A stretch of 60,241 nucleotides of DNA. Source: an uncultured Candidatus Saccharibacteria bacterium. Its GTDB lineage: Bacteria; Patescibacteriota; Doudnabacteria; UBA920. The notes beneath the pieces are model-generated. The model made no database searches. It was not told the DNA's origin and saw only the letters and a program-made list of their open reading frames with translations. Position numbers and translations under genes: made by a program. The stretch covers positions 1-60,241 of the forward strand of contig CAZXPB010000002.1 of NCBI GenBank assembly GCA_964642585.1, in the 5' to 3' direction. The first letter of the stretch is position 1. Each line of letters starts with the position of its first letter. Below, one piece after another: positions 44,413-53,243 of this stretch.

Positions 44413-44946
44413 TTATCCTTTCTTACTAATTACCACTTGGCTTGGGCGGATGACTTTACCGTTTATCTCATAACCGATTTGTAAATCTTCAAGGATTGTT
44501 CCATCGGGCTTGCCAGCCTCTGTTTCTTCCACCATGCGAACTGCTTCATGGAAATTAGGGTCAAACTGCTTGCCGACTGCATCAATTTTCCTGACTCCCA
44601 TTTCTTCTAGGGTTTTATCTAACTTTTGTAGAGTTCCCTCTATTCCTTTCAGCCAGTTTTCATCTACTCCCGGTGGGGCGTGACGCAAACCCTGTTCCAG
44701 TGCATCTAAAATTGGTAAGAGTTTTACAATTGTCACTTCTTTGGCAAATTCTAAAATGTCTTTTTGTTTTGCTTCCTCGCGCTTCTTATAGTTTTCGAAG
44801 TCTGCTTGAGTGCGTTGCCATCCTGCTAAGTTAGTTTTAGCTTCCTCTTTAGCTTCTTCAATCGCTCGAACGGTTTCCGAAACATTTTCTACTGTTTCTT
44901 CGTTAACTTCTTCGTTAATGTTTTCGTCTTGTGTATTTTCTTCCAT
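44413..44946 (-). CDS. grpE: Nucleotide exchange factor GrpE
   Basis: RTQADFENYKKR, LLPILDALE and FDPNFHEAV motifs. The start was reset to MEENTQ at 44946, 4 nt after the hrcA stop. Confidence 0.9.
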   Translation of the reverse strand: MEENTQDENINEEVNEETVENVSETVRAIEEAKEEAKTNLAGWQRTQADFENYKKREEAKQKDILEFAKEVTIVKLLPILDALEQGLRHAPPGVDENWLKGIEGTLQKLDKTLEEMGVRKIDAVGKQFDPNFHEAVRMVEETEAGKPDGTILEDLQIGYEINGKVIRPSQVVISKKG

Positions 44947-44950
44947 AGAA

Positions 44951-45718
44951 TTATTTAGTAATGATAAATAGAGCGATGGTCGCTGCACCGCCGCCGATGA
45001 GTTTTGAAATATATTCCATCAGCGTAATATTTTTCGGATACTGCATTGACTTAGGGCCTATTAAACCAATGACTCCCTTTTTCCCTGACGGTAATTTCAG
45101 TCCAGAAACAATCATTGAATAATCTGAGCGAGTAGAGAGTTTTAATTCTTTACCAATGAACGCTTGAGGATCTTTGTCAGCATAGTCGGCAATCATATCA
45201 TCAGCGTAATCTTCTAGGTTATCAAAGAATTCAGCAATCTCTTTCGCATCTTCTGGAGGCAGGTTGTGATTATCCAAAATGTTGGATATCCCCACCGATG
45301 ACACTTCTTGCGGAAACATCGCAAACGATGCTTGAGCTGTGTGCGCTGTTAAGATCTTTGTTAACCGTCGACCGATTTCTGCGTTCACTGCTTGCAGTTT
45401 GATAATTTCGGTCTTTAACAATTCTTGTTCGCGCATTGTTAGTTTCACGCGATCCATTAATTGATTAACGAAGTATCTAAACCCTTCATCAGTTGGAACT
45501 CGCCCAGCACTAGTATGCGGTTGGCGAATATACCCCATCTTTTCTAGGGTTGCCATCTCGTTTCGGATGCTAGCAGAGCTAAGACCAAAATCAAATTTAT
45601 CAACAAGGTCTCGACTAGCTACTGGTTCGCCTCCCTCACAATTGAGCTTTACGATAGCAGCCAAAATTTTGGCTTGTCTTTGAGAAATTTCAGCAGGAAC
45701 CTGGATCTCTTTACTCAT
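44951..45718 (-). CDS. hrcA: Heat-inducible transcription repressor HrcA (short form, 255 aa)
   Basis: N-terminal wHTH LSQRQAKILAAIV...ASRDLV...SSASIRNEMATLEKMGYIRQPHTSAGRVPT. It is the first gene of the grpE-dnaK operon and is preceded by CIRCE. Confidence 0.88.
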   Translation of the reverse strand: MSKEIQVPAEISQRQAKILAAIVKLNCEGGEPVASRDLVDKFDFGLSSASIRNEMATLEKMGYIRQPHTSAGRVPTDEGFRYFVNQLMDRVKLTMREQELLKTEIIKLQAVNAEIGRRLTKILTAHTAQASFAMFPQEVSSVGISNILDNHNLPPEDAKEIAEFFDNLEDYADDMIADYADKDPQAFIGKELKLSTRSDYSMIVSGLKLPSGKKGVIGLIGPKSMQYPKNITLMEYISKLIGGGAATIALFIITK

Positions 45719-45747
45719 GGAATTTTACATTTATTAACACTAAATTG

Positions 45748-45776
45748 AGTGTATAAAAAAATTAGCACTCTGTCAA
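45748..45776 (-). promoter_or_regulatory. hrcA operon promoter, TTGACA-17-TACACT on the minus strand, with the -35 inside the CIRCE spacer
   Basis: Plus-strand AGTGTA at 45748-45753 and TGTCAA at 45771-45776, with a 17-bp spacer. Confidence 0.7.
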
Positions 45777-45788
45777 GTCGAGTGCTAA
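45762..45788 (-). promoter_or_regulatory. CIRCE operator, perfect consensus
   Basis: TTAGCACTC-TGTCAAGTC-GAGTGCTAA. Confidence 0.92.
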
Positions 45789-45827
45789 CTTGCCACAAAC
45801 CCTATCTCCTATATACTTAATTTACAT

Positions 45828-46883
45828 ATGAATAAAAAATATCGCATTATCATTTTAATAACCCTTTTCACTTCAGGCGCGGTTACCTATTTTGTTTTTA
45901 CAAAAAATAGTTCTGATCCTGTTCATATCCCATTCATCACTAATAATGATAGTGAAAAATCTTCTGCGAACACTGAAGACTCAAAGCCAAAAAAACTTTT
46001 TCAAAACTATGGGGCTGCACCTGAATTTACTGGTATTACAAAATGGCTCAATGGTGATGAAGTCAAAATGGCTGGTCTGCGAGGTAAAGCTGTCCTTGTT
46101 TTCTTTTGGACCTATTCAGACATTTACTCAGTTAATACCATCCCCTACTTAGCCAAATGGGAAGAGACTTACAAAGACCAAGGACTAGTAATAGTGGGTG
46201 TGCACACCCCAGAGTTTGCTTTTGAAAAAGTTACTGGTAATTTGGAAAATGCAATCAAAACCCAAAAAATTAATTTTTCAATTGCCCAAGACAACGATTA
46301 CAAAACTTGGACTGCCTACAAAAATCAGTTTTGGCCAGCAAGCTACTTAATAGATAAAGATGGGGTCATAGTTTATACCCATTTTGGCGAAGGTGATTAC
46401 GAAACTACCGAGAAAGCACTGAGAACCGTGTTGGGTTTGGAGGGGCAATACACCACACCAACTCAAAATGAATTTCAAGCGACAGCTTCACCGGAATTGC
46501 ATCTTGGAATTGCCCGCATGAATGGTTTTGGAAATACTGAAAAACCAACTACAGATGAACAAATCTATTCTTTTCCAAAAAAATTAGATGGCAACAAGTT
46601 CGCGCTTGAAGGTAGTTGGAAATTTAACCAAGAAGGTGTGGTGCACAGTAAAAGATTTGGTCGAATCAAATTAAATTTTGAAGCAGCGAAAGTATATTTA
46701 GTAGCCCAAAGCAAAATACCAACTACAATTCGTGTTTTTGTAGATGGTACTTTAATAAAAGGGGTTGTTGTTAGCGACTCTGGTCTGTACGAACTATACG
46801 ATTCAATGGTTCCTGGGCAGCACACAATGGAAATTGAAGTTCCTGACGAAGGTTTTGAAGCCACGACTTTCACTTTTAAGTAA
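45828..46883 (+). CDS. Redoxin/thioredoxin-fold protein (DipZ C-terminal-like) lacking the CxxC cysteines, with a C-terminal beta-rich domain
   Basis: 351 aa with a TM anchor. GKAVLVFFWTYSDIYSVNTIPYL...GVHTPEFAFEK matches the FWTYSCINC...GVHTPEF type pattern, but with D and S in place of the two Cys. Confidence 0.7.
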   Translation: MNKKYRIIILITLFTSGAVTYFVFTKNSSDPVHIPFITNNDSEKSSANTEDSKPKKLFQNYGAAPEFTGITKWLNGDEVKMAGLRGKAVLVFFWTYSDIYSVNTIPYLAKWEETYKDQGLVIVGVHTPEFAFEKVTGNLENAIKTQKINFSIAQDNDYKTWTAYKNQFWPASYLIDKDGVIVYTHFGEGDYETTEKALRTVLGLEGQYTTPTQNEFQATASPELHLGIARMNGFGNTEKPTTDEQIYSFPKKLDGNKFALEGSWKFNQEGVVHSKRFGRIKLNFEAAKVYLVAQSKIPTTIRVFVDGTLIKGVVVSDSGLYELYDSMVPGQHTMEIEVPDEGFEATTFTFK

Positions 46884-46886
46884 TTT

Positions 46887-46909
46887 AAAACCGCTCGATG
46901 AGCGGTTTT
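46887..46909. terminator. Bidirectional terminator between the redoxin-like gene and uvrA
   Basis: AAAACCGCTC-GAT-GAGCGGTTTT. Confidence 0.8.
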
Positions 46910-46923
46910 AAATTTATAGATGA

Positions 46924-49857
46924 CTATTTCAGCATCGATTTTAAATACTGTCCTGTATAACTGGCTTTAATCTTTACTACTTCTTCAGGGGTACCTGCAG
47001 CAATTAGTTTTCCACCTTTATCTCCGCCTTCAGGGCCAAGGTCAATAATCCAGTCAGCAGTTTTGATCATATCTAAGTTATGTTCAATGACCACAACTGT
47101 ATTTCCTTTTTCAACAAGTTGATTCAAAACATAAATTAGACGCTTTACATCAGCAAAGTGCAGACCAGTAGTTGGTTCATCTAAAATATACAAAGTGCGA
47201 CCTGTTGATGCGCGAGATAGTTCAGTTGCTAATTTAATACGCTGAGCTTCTCCACCACTCAAAGTCGTTGCATTTTGACCAAGGTGCATGTAACCCAAAC
47301 CAACTTCGGAAAGGGTATCAAGTTTACGCTTCACTGGAGGAACATTGGCGTAGAAAACCTTAGCTTCATCGACAGTCATCTCTAAAACATCGGAAATGGT
47401 TTTACCGTTGTAATGAATTTCCAAAGCTTCGCGGTTGTATCGTTTCCCATTACATTCTTCACAAGTAATGTACACATCGGGTAAGAAATTCATTTCTACT
47501 TTAATCACCCCGTCACCCTGACACTTTTCACAGCGACCACCTTTAACATTGAAGCTAAATCGCCCAGCTTTGTAGCCTTTCATTTTTGCTTCGCGGGTCT
47601 CAGCAAACAAGTCGCGGATGTAAGTGAAAATTCCGGTATAGGTTGCAGGGTTACTTCGTGGAGTACGACCAATTGGAGATTGATCAATGTTAATCATCTT
47701 ATCAATATGCTCAATACCTACCAGTTTCTTGTGTTCGCCTGGTTCATCTTTACTATTCCAGAAATGTTTTGACAATGCCTTAGCAACAATATCATTAAGC
47801 AAAGTAGACTTTCCGCTACCAGAAACACCTGTCAAAGCGACAAACTTGCCAAGAGGAATATCAACGTTCACATTTTGAAGATTAAATTCAGACGCACCAA
47901 CAACTGAAATCTTTTTACCATTTCCAGCGCGACGACGTTTTGGAATATCAATTTGTTCTGTGCCAGACAAAAAGTGTCCTGTAACTGAATCTTTATTTTT
48001 TTCAACTTGACTTGGTGTTCCTTCAGCAACTAACTTACCACCGTGTTTCCCTGCTCCAGGACCAATGTCTACCACCCAGTCTGACTCACGAATCGTTTCT
48101 TCATCGTGTTCAACTACAATAACAGTATTACCGAGATCGCGAAGTTCTTTTAAAGTTTGAAGGAGCCGTGTATTGTCGCGTTGATGAAGACCAATAGAAG
48201 GTTCGTCTAAAATATAAAGCACTCCGGTTAAGCCTGAGCCAATTTGAGTCGCAAGACGAATACGTTGCGCTTCCCCACCACTAAGCGTGTCTGCACCACG
48301 ATCCAGTGACAAATACGACAGTCCTACATTAAGCAAGAAACTAATGCGTGATGAAATTTCTTTCAGAATTAAATTAGCAATTGCCATTTCTTTCGCATTA
48401 AGCTTCTTTGGAAGTTGGCCAAAAAATACAGAAGCATCTTCAATGGAAAGTTGAGAAACATCAACGATGCCCTGACCGTCAACAGTAACTGCTAGCACTT
48501 CTGGTTTTAAGCGTTTTCCATCACAAGTCGGACATTTACGAATCCGCATGTAATTTTCGATTTCACTGCGCATGTATTCTGAATCGGTTTCTTTGTATTT
48601 TCGTTCTAAATTGTGAACTACGCCTTCAAAAGGAGCTTCGTAACCACCACCAAAACGACCATCTGCAGGCATACGAATCTTTTTACCGTTTGTTCCGTAT
48701 AAAATAATATCCAAAAACTTCTTTGGTAAATCTTTTACAGGAGTAGACACAGAAAAACCGTATTCCTTACCAACTGTTTCTAACACTCGGGAATACCAAG
48801 ACAGACGTGAAGTAGTTTTACTCCATGGTCGTACAGCTCCTTCTGCTAAAGTTAAACGTTGATTTGGAATTACTAAATCTGGTTCAATAGTAAGTTTAGT
48901 CCCAAGCCCTTTACATTCAGGACAAGCCCCATGAGGACTGTTAAAAGAAAATTCGCGTGGGTCCAGTTCTGTTAATGCCACTGAGTGTCCATTTGGACAA
49001 GCAAACTTTTGTGAAAATGGAATTTCTTGTTTAATTTTATCTCCATCCATTACAACTACATTGGCTAACTGGTCGCCAAGATCTAAAGTTTTTTCTAGGC
49101 TTTCTGAAATTCTGCCACGATCCTCTTGAGTTACCGCGATACGGTCTACAATCACATCAACGCTATGTTTTTTCTGTTTATCTAGATTCAAGCGCTGCGC
49201 TTCATCTATATCCATAATAGTCCCGTCCACACGCACGCGAGCAAATCCAGATTTTTTGATCTGTTCAAAAACTAATCGATGCTCCCCTTTTTGATCTTTA
49301 ATAAATGGCGCAAGCAACATTACGCGTGTACCTTCTGGCATTTGTAAAAGTGTATCTACCATAGCTTGCAAAGTTTGACCCATGACGCGCTGTCCACATT
49401 CTGGACAATGAGGAATTCCAATTCGCGCGTAAAGCAAACGAAGGTAATCATAAATTTCAGTCACAGTCCCAACAGTAGAACGAGGGTTATGACTTGCAGA
49501 TTTTTGATCAATGGAAATAGCAGGAGACAGCCCTTCAATTTTATCAACATCTGGCTTATCCATTAAACCAATAAACTGGCGAGCATACGCAGACAAAGAT
49601 TCTACATAGCGGCGTTGGCCTTCTGCATAAATAGTATCGAACGCAAGAGATGACTTTCCGCTTCCAGACAGGCCGGTAATAGTAATCAGTTTGTTTCGGG
49701 GTAAATCTAAATCCACACCTTTTAAGTTGTGTTGGCGGGCACCGCGAATAACGATTTTTCCTGCATCAAAAGTTGAAGGACTCTTAGAGATAGATGCGCT
49801 AATCGCTTTTTTAACGATCGTTTTTTTATCAGTCTTAGTTGTAGGTTTTTTAGCCAT
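46924..49857 (-). CDS. uvrA: Excinuclease ABC subunit A
   Basis: 977 aa with two ABC modules (GLSGSGKSS and GVSGSGKST), LSGGEAQR signatures and zinc modules. Confidence 0.97.
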   Translation of the reverse strand: MAKKPTTKTDKKTIVKKAISASISKSPSTFDAGKIVIRGARQHNLKGVDLDLPRNKLITITGLSGSGKSSLAFDTIYAEGQRRYVESLSAYARQFIGLMDKPDVDKIEGLSPAISIDQKSASHNPRSTVGTVTEIYDYLRLLYARIGIPHCPECGQRVMGQTLQAMVDTLLQMPEGTRVMLLAPFIKDQKGEHRLVFEQIKKSGFARVRVDGTIMDIDEAQRLNLDKQKKHSVDVIVDRIAVTQEDRGRISESLEKTLDLGDQLANVVVMDGDKIKQEIPFSQKFACPNGHSVALTELDPREFSFNSPHGACPECKGLGTKLTIEPDLVIPNQRLTLAEGAVRPWSKTTSRLSWYSRVLETVGKEYGFSVSTPVKDLPKKFLDIILYGTNGKKIRMPADGRFGGGYEAPFEGVVHNLERKYKETDSEYMRSEIENYMRIRKCPTCDGKRLKPEVLAVTVDGQGIVDVSQLSIEDASVFFGQLPKKLNAKEMAIANLILKEISSRISFLLNVGLSYLSLDRGADTLSGGEAQRIRLATQIGSGLTGVLYILDEPSIGLHQRDNTRLLQTLKELRDLGNTVIVVEHDEETIRESDWVVDIGPGAGKHGGKLVAEGTPSQVEKNKDSVTGHFLSGTEQIDIPKRRRAGNGKKISVVGASEFNLQNVNVDIPLGKFVALTGVSGSGKSTLLNDIVAKALSKHFWNSKDEPGEHKKLVGIEHIDKMINIDQSPIGRTPRSNPATYTGIFTYIRDLFAETREAKMKGYKAGRFSFNVKGGRCEKCQGDGVIKVEMNFLPDVYITCEECNGKRYNREALEIHYNGKTISDVLEMTVDEAKVFYANVPPVKRKLDTLSEVGLGYMHLGQNATTLSGGEAQRIKLATELSRASTGRTLYILDEPTTGLHFADVKRLIYVLNQLVEKGNTVVVIEHNLDMIKTADWIIDLGPEGGDKGGKLIAAGTPEEVVKIKASYTGQYLKSMLK

Positions 49858-49974
49858 AAAAAGTTTAGAAAAAGTTTATAATTAACTTTATTAACCCTAG
49901 CAGAAAAACTGACAAAAAACAAGAGCCAAGACCTAAGTCTTTGACTCTTAATATTTTTACTACGAATTCTGTAA

Positions 49975-50406
49975 CTATGATCGAGAAGCAAAGTTCACAA
50001 TCATGAACTTTTCAAATTTTCCTTCCCTCGTTGGTGTCTCCTGATCTGACAACCAAACCGCAAAGGCTTCTGGGGTTGGAATCATAGCACCAGCGCTTCC
50101 ATTGGCGTAAGAGATTTCACACCAGGATTCCGTACTACTATAACCTTTAAATTCAAGGCAGTCAGACAATTTATTAATCTGGTCGCCAAAAACATCTGCG
50201 CCATCATAAAAAATCTTCTGACAGGTAAGGGTTCCAAAAATCTTGTTTTTAAAAGATGTTTTATCAACTGCTAGATTGTTCCACGTCTTTATAAAATGCA
50301 AAAATTGATTTGAAACATCCCCTCCTAGGAATGCTGCGCTTAAGATAATTATTTCGAAAGCGCTACCAGAACCTAGCTGGATTTTATCGTAGAATTCTCT
50401 ACTCAT
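49975..50406 (-). CDS. Hypothetical protein
   Basis: 143-aa ORF between uvrA and uvrC. No motif recognised. Confidence 0.5.
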   Translation of the reverse strand: MSREFYDKIQLGSGSAFEIIILSAAFLGGDVSNQFLHFIKTWNNLAVDKTSFKNKIFGTLTCQKIFYDGADVFGDQINKLSDCLEFKGYSSTESWCEISYANGSAGAMIPTPEAFAVWLSDQETPTREGKFEKFMIVNFASRS

Positions 50407-50465
50407 GATTTTTCCTCCAATTCTATTTCATTTTCCTCAAAACCCAAAGTGTATATAATATAGTT

Positions 50466-52301
50466 ATGCTGAAAGATAAAGTCAATGGGATTCCTCACAA
50501 GCCAGGTGTCTACAAATTCCTCAATCAAGATGGGGTTGTTTTGTATGTGGGTAAAGCAAAAGACTTACGCAGTCGTGTGGCCCAGTACTTCGGCACAGGT
50601 GATAATCGCGCTCAGCTCCCCTTTCTGTTAGCTGAAGCAGTAGATATTGAATATATTGTAGTGAACTCTGAGCTAGAAAGTTTATTTTTAGAAAACACAC
50701 TCATCAAGGAGTACATGCCTTCATACAACATCAAACTTCGTGATGATAAAAATTACGCTTTCATCAAAATTGATTATTCAACTAAAATCCCTCAAATTGG
50801 TTATGCTCGAAAAATTGAAGAAAACAAAACTCCTGATGTATTAAAAACCAAATACTTCGGACCGTATTCCTCAACTGCCAAAATTCGTCAGACTCTAGAT
50901 TTTGTCAGAAAAGTTTTTCCATACTGTGCTAACAAGGAGGTCGGGAAAAGACCTTGTTTCTATTACCACTTGCACCGCTGTCCTGGCGTATGTGTTGGGG
51001 CCATTACACAAAAAGAATATGAGCAACAACTAGAAAAAATTGCCTTGTTTTTGTCTGGAAAAACTATGGAAATTAAAAAGCAGCTCGGAAAAGAAATGCG
51101 CCGTGCGGCCAAATGGAAACATTTTGAAACTGCGGCGCGCCTCCGAGACCAACTACGAGCCATCGAAGTTTTAAGCGAACGCCAATCTATGCTATTTGCC
51201 CAAAAAGTTTCTTGGGATTTTGTATCTATATATATAGATAGTATTTCTGCGTGTGTGAATTTATTTAAAGTTCGCGAAGGCAAACTAATAGACAAGGAAA
51301 ATTTCGTTTACGATAATATTTTATATATCCCTAAGGAAATGCGGGAGGCTACTATTATGCAAACCTTTTGCGAAATGTACTATGCCACCACAACGACCCT
51401 CCCAAATGAAATATTTTTGGAAAATTCTCTATTAAATGAATCTTTATTACAAAACTTACTTGCATCGCGCGTAGCTGCTGAGAAAAAAGCTAAGAGAGTA
51501 AAGTTTTCTATCCCAACAAGAGGCCAAAAAGCTAACCTAATTAAGTTAGGGAAAACGAATGCCCAAGAATTCTTGCAAAAATGGCAACGCACTCAAGCTA
51601 GTAACATCCAAGCAAACACTGAAGCCCTTGAAAAACTGCAAAAAATTCTTAAACTCCCTACCCTTCCCCGCCGTATTGAAGGATACGATATTAGTAATAC
51701 GCAAGGAACCAACCCTGTCGGCAGTATGGTAGTGACAAAAGATGGCCAGCCAGCAAAATCAGAATACCGAAAATTTAAAATCACTGGGAAACAAACTCCT
51801 GACGACTTTTCAATGATGCGCGAAATGCTCACACGAAGACTTTCCAGAGTCAACCCAAAAAACAATTTAGATAAATGGCCAATCCCTGACTTAATAGTCA
51901 TAGATGGTGGCAAAGGTCAATTGAGTGTAGTAGTTGAGGTGCTTAAAAAAGCAAATGTAAAAATCCCAGTCATTGGTTTGGCTAAAAGGATTGAAGAAAT
52001 TTTCCAACCTCACAAATCTAAACCAATTATTTTAAGCCACAAAGACCCTAGTCTACAACTTCTACAAAGACTGCGAGACGAAGCTCATAGATTTGGTATT
52101 ACTTTCCACAAAAGCCTGCGTAGCAAGCAAGCTATAAAATCTGAGTTAGATTCCATCCCTGGCATTGGCCCAAAAACTAAAAAATTGTTAAAGCAAAAAG
52201 TTGGCACTGTTGAGAAAATTAAGAATACCTCCGCTGAAGAATTAGCAAACATTATTGGGCAGGCTAAAGCCAAGCAGCTAATTGACTACTTTAAAAATTG
52301 A
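50466..52301 (+). CDS. uvrC: Excinuclease ABC subunit C
   Basis: 611 aa with a GIY-YIG N-terminus (GVYKFLNQDGVVLYVGKA), a UVR domain, an endonuclease V-like domain and C-terminal HhH (IPGIGPKT). Confidence 0.95.
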   Translation: MLKDKVNGIPHKPGVYKFLNQDGVVLYVGKAKDLRSRVAQYFGTGDNRAQLPFLLAEAVDIEYIVVNSELESLFLENTLIKEYMPSYNIKLRDDKNYAFIKIDYSTKIPQIGYARKIEENKTPDVLKTKYFGPYSSTAKIRQTLDFVRKVFPYCANKEVGKRPCFYYHLHRCPGVCVGAITQKEYEQQLEKIALFLSGKTMEIKKQLGKEMRRAAKWKHFETAARLRDQLRAIEVLSERQSMLFAQKVSWDFVSIYIDSISACVNLFKVREGKLIDKENFVYDNILYIPKEMREATIMQTFCEMYYATTTTLPNEIFLENSLLNESLLQNLLASRVAAEKKAKRVKFSIPTRGQKANLIKLGKTNAQEFLQKWQRTQASNIQANTEALEKLQKILKLPTLPRRIEGYDISNTQGTNPVGSMVVTKDGQPAKSEYRKFKITGKQTPDDFSMMREMLTRRLSRVNPKNNLDKWPIPDLIVIDGGKGQLSVVVEVLKKANVKIPVIGLAKRIEEIFQPHKSKPIILSHKDPSLQLLQRLRDEAHRFGITFHKSLRSKQAIKSELDSIPGIGPKTKKLLKQKVGTVEKIKNTSAEELANIIGQAKAKQLIDYFKN

Positions 52302-52326
52302 CAAGAATTAATATATTTCTTATACT
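52298..52326 (+). promoter_or_regulatory. Consensus-like promoter TTGACA-17-TATACT overlapping the uvrC stop codon
   Basis: TTGACA at 52298-52303, a 17-bp spacer, TATACT at 52321-52326. Confidence 0.6.
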
Positions 52327-52402
52327 TCGCATAAGATTCGTTTCGAGGCAGTTTTTGCTCGAAACAGATCTTGTTTCCTAAAACGATACGGAGGTAGTGG
52401 GA

Positions 52403-52786
52403 ATGAGAGAATCGCTGTCTTTTTTGATCACTGCTTTTGTAGGAGTACTATTCACTTTTCCAGGTTTCAGTCTTATGACTGATCAAAGACCTTCAACTGT
52501 GAACAGCGCTCAGACAGAAGTTGTCCGATCGTCCGATTTGTCTCCGCCGGCCATAAGGCACGTCAGTGCAAATAGGTCGCTTAAAACTGTAACAGAAACA
52601 GCAACAACGAATACGATCGTAACACCGGTCCCGGCCGCAATGACCTTGGCGTTCGTCGTTCGAACTTCGCCGCAGGCCATTAAGCAGAACTGGTCGGCAA
52701 CATCAGTGGCCACCTCAATACAAAGCTGTGAGGGATTGGACTTGCAGACTACCGAAAACCTCGGCGTCTACAGTCCGTTTACCTGA
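52403..52786 (+). CDS. Possible 127-aa secreted Thr/Ser/Val-rich protein inside a GC-rich orphan transcription unit. Its coding status is uncertain.
   Basis: GGAGG lies 8 nt upstream of ATG 52403. The N-terminal hydrophobic segment is SLSFLITAFVGVLFTFPGFSL. Codon usage is atypical for the window (many CCG, TCG, CGA, AGG), and a 67-codon ORF is open on the opposite strand. Confidence 0.35.
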   Translation: MRESLSFLITAFVGVLFTFPGFSLMTDQRPSTVNSAQTEVVRSSDLSPPAIRHVSANRSLKTVTETATTNTIVTPVPAAMTLAFVVRTSPQAIKQNWSATSVATSIQSCEGLDLQTTENLGVYSPFT

Positions 52787-52878
52787 CTGAGGTTTGGCTG
52801 TCACAGACATGTGAAACACTTAAACACCAACGTTAGCTCAGATCTCGAGGATCTGTAAGCAACGTTTCCGGCTGCACT

Positions 52879-52912
52879 GGCGCGAGAATTTATTCTCGCG
52901 CCGCTATTTTTT
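52879..52912 (+). terminator. Strong intrinsic terminator ending the orphan unit
   Basis: GGCGCGAGAA-TTTA-TTCTCGCGCC, followed by GCTATTTTTT. Confidence 0.8.
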
Positions 52913-52921
52913 CCACTTAAC

Positions 52922-52950
52922 TTGACATTCCCTTATTAAATTACTACAAT
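52922..52950 (+). promoter_or_regulatory. secG promoter TTGACA-17-TACAAT
   Basis: TTGACA at 52922-52927, TACAAT at 52945-52950. Confidence 0.7.
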
Positions 52951-52981
52951 AAATAAGCTTTTTGTACACTTAAATACTCTC

Positions 52982-53218
52982 ATGAAAAACATTGCTTATA
53001 TCCTTACAATCGTAGACATGGTCATTATGGTGGCCTTAATCATCACCATTGCTCTTCAGAACAAATCTGCTGGCCTTTCCAATGTTTTTGGTGGTGGCGG
53101 TGGAGTAGTTTCAACTCGAAGAGGTTCAGAAAAATACCTTTTCTACACAACAATTGTTCTTGGAGTTTTATTCGCAGGAATTAGCTTAGCTATTGTTTTA
53201 CTTTCCAAAAATGGCTAA
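52982..53218 (+). CDS. secG: Preprotein translocase subunit SecG
   Basis: 78 aa with two TM segments flanking a GLSNVFGGGGG loop. Confidence 0.8.
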   Translation: MKNIAYILTIVDMVIMVALIITIALQNKSAGLSNVFGGGGGVVSTRRGSEKYLFYTTIVLGVLFAGISLAIVLLSKNG

Positions 53219-53243
53219 GTAAAGTTTATCATTAAACAGCTCT

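Noticed and set aside
52510-52713. A 67-aa minus-strand ORF with a hydrophobic core (possible type I toxin)
   Set aside because: It has a GTG start with no spacing to any SD-like sequence, and I saw no promoter on that strand. It is most simply a by-product of a GC-rich sequence.
52302-52981. RNase P RNA or tmRNA in the GC-rich block. It contains GUGCAAAUAGG and UGUAACAGAAACAGCAAC strings on the plus strand and GCAAGUCC on the minus strand.
   Set aside because: The motif order is reversed relative to bacterial type A RNase P. There is no GAGGAAAGUCC, no ACAGAAxCCGGCUUA, and no T-arm/CCA end for tmRNA.
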